Positions 50,230-59,712 of a stretch of 64,000 nucleotides of DNA are shown here, one piece after another (within the stretch, counting starts at the first letter, position 1; the number at the start of each line of letters is the position of its first letter). Source of the DNA: Macrostomum hystrix (Eukaryota > Animalia > Platyhelminthes); the NCBI GenBank assembly GCA_950097015.1, contig CATNEN010000038.1, positions 23,250,001-23,314,000 on the forward strand. The letters run 5' to 3'. The translations under genes were made by a program, and so were the position numbers. Below the pieces are notes generated by a model. It worked only from the letters and a program-made list of their open reading frames with translations, was not told where the DNA came from and did no database searches.

Positions 50230-51290
50230 ATCAGGCATCGTTCGTGTACCCTGACCTCTACCCAACAATCCGTACTCTGGCAGTTTTCCATTCCTGCTGA
50301 CGAAGGCGGAAGCGGACCGGCTGAACGCTAAAGTCTGGCGACTAGTGAGTCCGTCAGAAAGGCAGTGCAATATTTCTAGTGGAACTTCGCTAGCCTACCG
50401 GCGTGCCAAACAAGTGCAATTTCTGCTTAAGTGCATATGTGCACCAAACTTTCCTTTCCATTTCATCTGTTAAAAAATATGTTGCTGCTTAGAAAGGAGC
50501 AGTCGGTTCTCAAACAGGTTCTTACCGATAACTTTACGCATGACATGGAGGAGAATGCCTACAGTGAGCAGCTGCAGAAAACGCACTGCGTTGAAAATCA
50601 TCCCCAAGTTGCGTTCGCGAAATCCTCTAACCAATGAGCCGGAACTCTTTAACTACTTGCGCGTGCTACAATCTGAAAAAGAACTCGGCCACAGTTAAGA
50701 AGGCCGGCTGCCAAATGTCGCTGCATCCATCGCCGTGGCAATATAGGGCCTGGCCTCACTGCCTGAAAGGATCGGAGATGTCAACCAACGCCATTGCAGG
50801 GATTCAACGCATAACCCTGCAGTTTCTGAAACTGTTAACATGGAACAGGACACAAATGAGTACTGCAGGACCAGAATACCACACTCATATTCACACTAAC
50901 AGTGCCAGCTACTCTTTTGTAAAATGGCCAAGCATTCGCAGTCCACAGATCACTGCTTTGCTAATTCATTCAAGGCTGATGAAACCAAGGTGCCAGGATT
51001 GGTGAGAATAGTAGAAATTGCTGGGCAGATCCTGGAGGGGATATTTCGCTCGTATGTGTCAGAATGTCTAATCAATGTGAGCATCTCTTCGGCTTCAGCA
51101 ATGTCTCCTCAGGTCATACCACGTCAGGTCATACTATTCGTAACATGGTCCTACACGTTCACGGACTTTCTGGCCGACACCGGCGGCCTGTACATTGGCT
51201 GCAGTGTGCCCACACTGTGCGAACTACTCGAGCTAATCTACATACTACCCGAGCACTCGCTCAATCGCAGATCTCAGCCGAGAATCTGAG
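50230..51290 (+). pseudogene. DEG/ENaC pseudogene, paralog of 59713-61443
   Basis: cctgacctcta-cccaacaatccgtactctggcag matches 59930-59970. LEGIFRSYVSE, DFLADTGGLYIGCSV and THC..NHP.V.F remnants, with frameshifts, stops and an internal deletion. Confidence 0.88.
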
Positions 51291-51816
51291 AATCTCAAGC
51301 GTGCAAGTACTAGAAGCAGTGACTATGACGATAAATACAGGATTAGACTCAGGTGAGACTAGCAACAATGCCTGAGCAGACCTAATGTAGAGCAAATACT
51401 CTCATATAGCGACTCTATACCGGCGTGTTGCAACATCGGAAAAATATCCAGCTATAACAATACTTGGCTTCATGTTCTCTTGCCTTCTGATTTAGAGCCC
51501 TTTAAGAGTTGTAGAAATACGGCTCGTATCGTTGAAATTTTTGTTCTGATTTACTATACTACAATGCGTTGTTTTGCCTCCAACAAATGTTTGTCATGAG
51601 AGAATTTTATAATTATGGCACTTCGTTACATTTTGAGTCATCTTTAAGTATTCGCCTTTTAGGGGGTGAGTGGCAGAGCTGCCTAACATGCGCGCCTTCA
51701 TTTCATTAGAATTTTTACGAGCAAATTTGATGCGATAAAATTTTTAGAACAAATATTCTGAAACTTGATAATTAACATATTTATTTCAGCAGTTTAACTA
51801 AAAGAGGTTACAGAAA

Positions 51817-52131
51817 AGAGGTTGTAGCCAAGTGGTTAGAGCGTCGGACTCACGACTTGAAGGTCGGGGGTTCGATTCCCGACTCCACTGGAACAATTTG
51901 TGTCCTTTAGCAAGACACTTAACTCTGAATTGCTTCAGTTCACCCAGCTGTTAAATGGGTACCAGCATTAGCTGGGATAATTGAGGGTGAGTGTGGCATC
52001 CCCCCAGTCCATGGACTGAACAGCCGTACGCAGCCTTCAGATGCGCCGCGCAATTGCTGCGGCTGTACTGTCGGCTGCACATCTGGCCCAATTGGGACAG
52101 GTGTGATCAATTATTATCAATTATTATTATT
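51817..52131 (+). mobile_element. tRNA-derived CORE-like SINE (family B)
   Basis: Near-identical to 11831-12141. Confidence 0.9.
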
Positions 52132-53193
52132 AACTAAGAGTCGTTACATTAAGATAATAAGTAACATTATCTATGAAGACCATTGCTGCCCTTCATAGAG
52201 AAATTCATAGAGAACTCTTTCCATGGCAATTGCTGCGATTTCTTCGGGTCTCTCAAACTAAAAAAATGCCCTCAGTTTGATCTCAATCAGCAACGACAGC
52301 CATTTTGCTAAACGCCATCGCTAAAGTAACAGTAGCAGCATCACCGTCCTTTTCACAATTTCCGGTTGATGAACCATCGATGCTATGGATCGCAGAGCGT
52401 CAACGAAGGCTGAGAGTTCAGGTCAATCGTTGTGCCATTCACGAGTTCAATCTCACGAGTTAAGACAGACGGGTACATTAGTCATTTTGAGACTGTTGGG
52501 ATTCCATGTTTAGACTTATTAGAAAATTGATATTACATTTTTTAGTTCACGACTCAAAATGCTACAGGACTGATGAGCCAGAAAAGGAAATAGAAGAACC
52601 GTGGAAGCTCCCATTGAAAGATAATTGATGCTTGGGAAACATTGCCCGAGTGTGTTTCACTTGTGCATCGGATTTGTTAATCGTTAAAGTCCGTTAAAGT
52701 CAGCAAACTTTTTGTTTAACCTTAACGGATCTCAGTTACTTTTTTATTTTCTTAATGGATACATGATTTTCCGTTACTTTTTGGACGACTTAACTTCAGT
52801 TAACTTCCGTTAATTATGAATTTTACACATAATTCGTGTCAATTTAAAAGACTTGAACTCAGCATTTTTTCGCATCAATTTCAGAGAATCGGTCTAGATC
52901 GAAGTTGGCCCAAATTGACCAAGTCACGTTGTTTCGCTGAGTTGGATAGTGTTAATGGTTATTATTGATTAATAGTTTGGCACAGTTTCAGTTTGGCTGT
53001 GGCTAGTATAGTGGTAGACTGATAGTGCGGTTGTGACTAGTGCCTGCACTGTCTGGTAGTGTGGTGTGGTTTAGTAGTTTCCGGCGCTTTTGCCCAATTA
53101 GCTTTTAGCTTTCTTCTACCTATCTTAGCCTTTCTTGCTTAGGGCTTTTCATAATTTGTTCCATATGCCTATGTCTATGTCTTGCCTTCTTTA

Positions 53194-53583
53194 TGTATAG
53201 AATAATACCCCCTGATTTCGTTTATTTGGCCTAGGAAAGGCTGAGGACGCGTTTCTTGGCCGAGGCGAAGCCGAGGCCCAGAAGCGCAGTCCGAAGCCGT
53301 TCCTAGGCCATAGACAACGATTTCAGGGGGGTATTATAGTATTTAATCCTAAAGCTTGGCCCGGCTCACGAGATTGCAAACCTAAAACTGTTTACAGCAA
53401 CTGTGACCATAGACTATATGTTTAATCTGCCTAGGCCATTAAATGACTGGCTTAGGCCAGTTAAATAATAAATACGCAGAATTAATAGCCAATAGGCCGG
53501 GCCAAGCTGGGGATTAAATGAGATTTAGAAACATTCTCTAAATGAAACAAAGAAACGAAATCAGGGGGGTATTATTCTATACA
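53194..53583. mobile_element. Non-autonomous inverted-repeat element (MITE-like) with nested palindromes
   Basis: ~30-bp TIRs TGTATAGAATAATACCCCCTGATTTCGTTT at 53194-53223 and 53553-53583. Internal palindrome tggcctaggaa...ccgaggcgaagccgagg...ttcctaggcca. Confidence 0.8.
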
Positions 53584-53956
53584 AATAGGGCCAATTTTAT
53601 GATTTTTTAAAATTCTTTATGTCCTTTCATTTCTTATGGTTAGTTTCTTAGGGATTTGGACTTTTAGGGTTGATTATATAACATCTTTGACTTGACTTTT
53701 AATTCACAGGGTTGCAAAATTTGCCATAGCAGCTCTATTAAAAGTAAAATTGCTTTGGTTTGCATGGGTGCTTGCGCCTGTGCAAACCGGCTTTAGTGAT
53801 CAGCCCGCCCCCTTGCTGTCTCTGTGCATCTGTGTGGGGTGGGGCCGTCCCCCACCCCCGCCGCCTGCTAGCCTTTTTAGGTGAGCCTCTCACCACGTTT
53901 TCGGATTCAATTTGCGCGCAGCTCTCCGCTTGAGTTTTGATTTTTTTTGCACAATC

Positions 53957-55057
53957 ATGCCAAACTCTAACGAGCCACTTGCATCCGAAGCGCCTAGCAC
54001 TGTAAGGGCGCTACGTCAGAAGCTTCAGAGCCTAGGGCTTTCAACACAAGGCAAAAAATGTGAACTTTTACTGCGGCTGAGGGCGCACCTCGAGGGTATC
54101 GCCTCCGACTTTGAGAATGCGGACGACGAGGACGAGGAGCAAGATGAAGCTGCCGCAGTGACGACGCGTATGAGAAAAGACGGCGCAATGGTGGAGAGGC
54201 AACTGCCTTCTATCGCGAACGAGTCGGTACAACATGGTCAAGAGTCTGACGCGGCTGGCGGCCTGGACGACGAGCTGGTGGAGGCTGAGAAGCAGCTCCG
54301 ACTGCTAAAGCTACGCAAGGAGGCCGCTCTGCTTCAGGCAGAAGTCAGCCAACTTCAGCGAAGGCCTGCGACGTCAAAGAATCCCGGTGAGTTGCTCATT
54401 AACCTGTGGTCTGACGATGAAGATGCTGCCCAGCAAGAGCCCAGTCGGTTTGTAGGCAAGGTGTACCGAATCCCTGAGTTTATTAACAAGCGGAAGCAGC
54501 AGGAAGCAGGAGTTACTCAGTCCATTGACAAATCCGGAAGAGTCACCTTCAGAGTGAGGGAAGCTGTTGTTGACTCGCTGACGTTTGGAGACTGGATCTC
54601 GGCGAATGCTCGAATCATGCTGAAGCTGCTGGATGATGGCAGGTTGGTGAAGAGCGGGCTGGGCGGCCAGCCTGATGTGTCAGAGTTGCGAGACTACCTG
54701 CGCTACACTGCGCGCATTGGCGAGCTATTTGACCTCGGGTTCGACAAGGCTCGAGTTATGAGGTTTGATGACGAGTGCAGACTGAGTGAAGATGGCGAGA
54801 CGTCATGGGAGTTGCGTGGATCCGACCTTGGTCGAGTTGCCACCTACCTGATGACCCCACAGAGTGCACCGACTGCCAGAGTTGACCGGGTGCCAAAACA
54901 AAGCCTGCAGCCACCCTGCTTTGATTTCAATAAGGAAACTGGATGTTCAAGGCGGAACTGCCGTTTCGCTCATCGGTGCCGGCGTTGTGGACTTGGCCAC
55001 TCAGCGGCGATGGCGCACAGGGATGACGGTGCTGAGGTGAGCAGGCCTCTGCACTGA
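53957..55057 (+). CDS. Gag-like ORF1 (366 aa): N-terminal SAP motif, acidic linker, coiled coil, C-terminal Cys/His zinc finger
   Basis: First AUG at 53957. TVRALRQKLQSLGLSTQGKKCELLLRL fits the SAP consensus; CFDFNKETGCSRRNCRFAHRCRRCGLGH. Confidence 0.88.
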   Translation: MPNSNEPLASEAPSTVRALRQKLQSLGLSTQGKKCELLLRLRAHLEGIASDFENADDEDEEQDEAAAVTTRMRKDGAMVERQLPSIANESVQHGQESDAAGGLDDELVEAEKQLRLLKLRKEAALLQAEVSQLQRRPATSKNPGELLINLWSDDEDAAQQEPSRFVGKVYRIPEFINKRKQQEAGVTQSIDKSGRVTFRVREAVVDSLTFGDWISANARIMLKLLDDGRLVKSGLGGQPDVSELRDYLRYTARIGELFDLGFDKARVMRFDDECRLSEDGETSWELRGSDLGRVATYLMTPQSAPTARVDRVPKQSLQPPCFDFNKETGCSRRNCRFAHRCRRCGLGHSAAMAHRDDGAEVSRPLH

Positions 55058-56761
55058 CTGCGCGTCGATCCGGTTTTAACTTCCTCTGTTTTATCAACTG
55101 ACCTGAAGCTGGAGGCATGGACGGAAGAGTTGGAGTCGATCGATCTGCCGCTGGACAGAAAGCAATTTATCCTGAATGGTGTGTCGGAAGGATTTCGGAT
55201 TACGAATGTGCAGCGAGACAACCTGAAGTCTGTCGAGGTCAGCAACTATGAATCTGTGAATGTTTACGCTGAAGCTGTTCAAACGCAAATTCTGAGGGAA
55301 ATTCGCCTTGACCGCTACCGTCGGTGCTCGGATGGGTGGCGGCCTCGGATTGTGAGTGCGCTGGGAGCCTTGCCGAAGGATGACGGCCGGGTACGTCTAA
55401 TTCACGATTGCAGTCGGCCGGACAATCTGTCGGTGAACGCGCACTGGGAGAGCAATGAGAAGTTGCGGTTTTCAAGCGCTGAAAACTTCGCAAGTAAGTT
55501 AACGAGAGGCTGCTATATGACTAAAGTTGACCTGAGTGAAGCATACCGCGCATGTGGAGTGCACCCAGAAGACTTCGTCAACACCGGTCTCAAGTTCAAG
55601 TTTCCTGGCTGCGCCACTCCCACCTACATGTTCGATACACGCCTGCCGTTCGGGGCGGCAGCCTCGGTCACGTGCTTTCAGCGCCTGAGCAATGCGATTC
55701 ATCTGATGATGGTGCGCAGAGGCTTCATCAACACCGAGTCTTACCTGGACGACTTTGCCTACTGCGGGACGCAGGAGAACTGCCAGCGCTTCTACGTCGA
55801 TCTGATTTACTTGCTGACTCGGCTGGGATTCACCGTCAACCCGGCCAAGTGTCAGCCGCCGGCGCAGCGGATGTCATTCCTTGGAATTGAGTTCGACACT
55901 GTGGAAGGAATCAAGAAGCTGCCGGATGAGAAGGCGAGGAAGTTGATCAACCTGGTTGGTGCCGAGTTAGCCAAGGTGAGGATTAGTCAGCGGGCCCTCC
56001 AACAGGTCATTGGCAAGTTGGGGTGGGCAGCGCAGGTCATCAGTTGCGGAAGGACCTTCTTGCGTGAGCTGATTGAGCGGTGCAACACCTTACGGCGTGG
56101 ACAGCGAACGCTGGTCGACTCCGGGTTACGCAGTCAGCTGAACTGGTGGAAGGTGGCGTTGCAGGCGTGCCGATGGGTGCAGCTGTGGCCGAGCTACAAT
56201 CGAGTTGTGGCGATGGAATCCGATGCGTGCGGCAGAGGTGGTGCGGCGTTGCTGCGTGACCAGGATGGTCTGTTTGACTGGTGCTACCTGGACTGGGAGA
56301 AGGATGCAGGATCAGCCTTCGCGAACCTGCCGATCAACTACAAGGAAGCGTTGGTCCCTCTGCTGGCAGTGATGAGGTGGAGGGATGTGCTCAAAGGTTG
56401 CAAGGTGAGCATCTACTGCGACAACCAGACGGCCTGTCACATCATCAACAAAGGCGTTTCAAAGTGTCCTGCGTTGCAGCGGCTGCTGCAGACGGTGGCC
56501 CTGATGTGTTTGCGCTTTGGAATGAGCATTCGCGCGTTTCATGTGCCTGGTGATTTTCAAATTTTTGCGGACGCTGCCTCGCGGTTGCATGAGCGAGGCC
56601 AGCTTTTAAACTTTTTACTCCGCTTGTATGGTTTTATATGCCCAAGCATTCTACAATCACTGTATCAGCATGCTTTTGGCTTGGCGACCGCCTCCTTTCT
56701 TCATTTTCAGGCCGCCCAGCTGCGTCAGACTCTCTTAGCAGCAGCGCCACATCGCTGCTGA
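55058..56761 (+). CDS. RT-RNase H of Ngaro #2, in frame with gag behind a single UGA
   Basis: KVDLSEAY, LPFGAAAS, YLDD; RNase H MESDACG / INYKEA / YCDN / ADAASR. The frame is open from 55058. Confidence 0.93.
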   Translation: MRVDPVLTSSVLSTDLKLEAWTEELESIDLPLDRKQFILNGVSEGFRITNVQRDNLKSVEVSNYESVNVYAEAVQTQILREIRLDRYRRCSDGWRPRIVSALGALPKDDGRVRLIHDCSRPDNLSVNAHWESNEKLRFSSAENFASKLTRGCYMTKVDLSEAYRACGVHPEDFVNTGLKFKFPGCATPTYMFDTRLPFGAAASVTCFQRLSNAIHLMMVRRGFINTESYLDDFAYCGTQENCQRFYVDLIYLLTRLGFTVNPAKCQPPAQRMSFLGIEFDTVEGIKKLPDEKARKLINLVGAELAKVRISQRALQQVIGKLGWAAQVISCGRTFLRELIERCNTLRRGQRTLVDSGLRSQLNWWKVALQACRWVQLWPSYNRVVAMESDACGRGGAALLRDQDGLFDWCYLDWEKDAGSAFANLPINYKEALVPLLAVMRWRDVLKGCKVSIYCDNQTACHIINKGVSKCPALQRLLQTVALMCLRFGMSIRAFHVPGDFQIFADAASRLHERGQLLNFLLRLYGFICPSILQSLYQHAFGLATASFLHFQAAQLRQTLLAAAPHRC

Positions 56762-57695
56762 GCGCTGCGTACGCACCGAGGTCGGCGCAGGCAGTCAACA
56801 GACACGTCCGTGAGTGGCGGGAGTTCTGCCGCCATACCGGCTGCGATCCAGTGTCCGGCAACGTCACGAGCCTGTTGAACTATTTGGCCAGTCTGATCGG
56901 CACACGGCTACATGCCTACAGCAGCATCTCGGCAGTCTACAGCTCTCTGTCGCTCTGGTTCCGAATTAACTCGTCGCCGGACCTAACTAAGCACGCTTCC
57001 GCGGTTCTTCTCCTTCGCGGCGCTAAACGAGTCCTCGGACTGCGCGTGAACCGAAAGCGGCCTGTGTCGCCTACAATGCTGACGGAGATGCGACGACTAG
57101 TTGACGAGACCGACAGGCTGCAGCTGGCCTGCTGGGCTGTGACCATCTGCTGCTGGTGGGGAATGCTGCGAAAGTCCAGCTTTCTGCCACGAACTGGCAA
57201 GGGCCCGGCCCTTTCCCGGCGCGCCGACCTGCTTCAGCATCCGAAGGGTCTGGTGTTGCGCTGCGAGTTCGGCAAGACCATCCAGTTCAAGGAGCGCAGC
57301 CACCTGGTACTGCTGCCGAGATTGGCGCGGCAGCGTGCGCTGTGCCCGGTTGCGCAGTCGAGCGACACATCCGCGCCAACGAATTGAAGTCAGCAGAGTC
57401 ACCACTCTGGTCCTACGCCGACGGAAGTGGCGGCTTGCGCCTGCTGACTGGGAGGCACCTGGACTGCTTCCTCCGTGACAAGTTTGCCGCAGTCGGCGTT
57501 CGACCAGAATCTTACTCCGCGCACAGCCTGCGACGAGGAGGAGCTACCGGGGCGTCTGTGCTGGGCCTCCCAGTGGCTGATATCATGCGCATTGGTGACT
57601 GGAGAAGTGAAGCTGTGCAGCGTTATCTCCCCCGGTTTCACCAGACAGCGGAGGCTGCTGTGACTTTTGCCCGCGGTGTCTCTGCTTTGTTTTAG
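56711..57695 (+). CDS. Tyrosine recombinase of Ngaro #2 with an apparent 1-nt deletion at about 57353
   Basis: AYAPRS..V...W..FC, MLRKS, FGKT and LCPV in one frame; AVERH, HSLRRGGA, GDWRS and QRY in the next. Aligns with the YR of element #1. Confidence 0.88.
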
Positions 57696-58859
57696 CTCCC
57701 AGCCTTCTGCTTTTGTTCGCTTGCTCGCTTTGGGGTTTGGAGGTCGCTTTTTCGCTGTGCGCCTCCCGCGCGTTGCTCGCCTTGCTCGCCAATTGTCCCG
57801 TTGTGTCTCTTTGTGTCTGGCTGGTCACTAATGCTTTGGTTTGCATGGGTGCTTGCGCCTGTGCAAACCGGCTTTAGTGATCAGCCCGCCCCCTTGCTGT
57901 CTCTGTGCATCTGTGTGGGGTGGGGCCGTCCCCCACCCCCGCCGCCTGCTAGCCTTTTTAGGTGAGCCTCTCACCACGTTTTCGGATTCAATTTGCGCGC
58001 AGCTCTCCGCTTGAGTTTTTTTTTAATTCAATTTCTGCTTTTAACTCGAATACAAATATTACCTTTTTCAATTCTTTGTAACCCGTTAAAAAAATACAAA
58101 GCTTGGAGGTCGCTTTTTCGCTGTGCGCCTCCCGCGCGTTGCTCGCCTTGCTCGCCAATTGTCCCGTTGTGTCTCTTTGTGTCTGGCTGGTCACTAATTT
58201 ATTTTTTAACGCTTTTAAATTAACGGTTTTTAATTTACGCTGGAACCTTAGCTTTTTCTGAAATTATCGGCCTTTGTCGTTAAAACGATAACTTTCTTTT
58301 AAATGTAACTTCAACGGATCGATGTTTAATCCGATAAAAATAAAGTTAACGATGCCCAACACTGGATTTGCTGGATTAGCAGAAACTGCTTCGTGTAGTT
58401 TTGGAATGGGCCATGCCACAAATGTCACATGCCACCGTAACACTGCTACAGATATAGAGGAGATGCCGATTGCGGGCGGACTACGCAAGTTGCATCGTTA
58501 CTGAATGAAATGCGACATCATCAGTCGAGCCACCTGCTATCCGCTTACTGATATTTCCCAGTGGGTTATTACTGAAAAACTAAATGCCAGCCGCTATGCA
58601 AAAAAAAATTTAGCACCGAAAAGTGGATTTACAATATCATTTCCCCCAGTCCCCAATAAAATAGCTCGAGGGTCTCTAGCGCGATTTCCACCGGGTGGGA
58701 GCTACATGCACTCGCATTATCTGTCGTATATAATGTGAGAGGATTTCAGTTGATCAAAGCATCGATTTCCCAGAGAATTTCATCGGATAATACTTTGACT
58801 TTGCTTTGATTACGCACAATTATTCGCATGTAAGTAATATTTCAGCATCTCTGACTGGT

Positions 58860-58995
58860 ATTGTACAATAATAGTCGCATGGAGCATTGGGCACTGCCGC
58901 ATCATTTGAGAACACTCGACCTTGCTAAGAGCAAGGAGGCAATTCCGCCCGTTCCGCTGAACCTGAGAACACAAAGGCACACGGATAGGCATAGG
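58860..58995 (-). mobile_element. Old SINE family A 3' fragment
   Basis: gcaaggaggcaattccgcccgttccgctgaacctgagaacac is a diverged reverse complement of the family A 3' body. Confidence 0.6.
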
Positions 58996-59056
58996 CCATA
59001 ATTCTTACGGTGCCTCGTTGGCGAAAGTAGCACAAGACGCCAAAGCCTTCTCTTCA

Positions 59057-59400
59057 GGGGGTCAGTGGCAGAGCGGCCTCTCGCACCAAGGTCCGTGGGC
59101 TCGATTCCGCGGCGAGGCCACATTCATTTAGGGCGCAGACGCGGAGAGAAGGCTTGGGGGGCTTGGGGGCTTGTCGTGCAATTTACGCCCTTTAGGGTCA
59201 ACCTCCAAGGCACAGTGAAGTGTACACTGCCTGATGATGAGAAAATCAGGGCTGATGTGCACACCTGTGTGAGCGTGTGCCTGTGTACAGTATCTGTGCG
59301 TGTGGTGCTCAGGAGTCAGCGAAATGGGCAGACTTCTACTGTCACAAAATTTTTTGTGTAATTGCCCGCAAAACACCTGCAATTATTATTATATTATTAT
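59057..59400 (+). mobile_element. SINE family A copy
   Basis: Head and body match 6052-6393 with small indels; ATT tail. Confidence 0.85.
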
Positions 59401-59712
59401 AAGCCGTCTCTACATGACAGCGTCCCAAAAGAATGCACTGACTATTGTGCGAAAGTCGAATGCGTCACTTATCATTCATACATCGCCACATATCATGTGG
59501 GACATATGGGAAGGTTTGATAGGTTGAGAGATGGACACATCATTTGATTTCCCGAAATTTCTATTGGAAAACGATCAAGAATAACATATTGAAAATCTGG
59601 CCTGGTTTGTTTTAGAACATTGCGAAGTTTTAGTACATTGCGAACACAACATAGACACGCAAGCCTCATAAAAGTTTCCTTGTACGTAATCTTGGAATTT
59701 CAGAATCTACGA

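Larger units (their letters stand above)
53751..58198 (+). mobile_element. Ngaro-type tyrosine-recombinase retrotransposon #2, full length
   Basis: A1 53751-53938 = A2 57832-58019; B1 57737-57828 = B2 58103-58194 (A1-ORFs-B1-A2-B2). Contains gag, RT/RNaseH and YR. The repeats look identical by eye, so the insertion is probably young. Confidence 0.95.

Noticed and set aside
56638-56710. AUG at 56638 as the YR start
   Set aside because: Not conserved in element #1 (stop and no AUG in the equivalent region) and deep inside a polycistronic RNA. Disfavoured but not excluded.
52650-58362. Older hAT-like MITE (right end gttaacgatgcccaacactg) interrupted by Ngaro #2
   Set aside because: Only one convincing terminus. 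The matching left TIR and an 8-bp TSD were not found.
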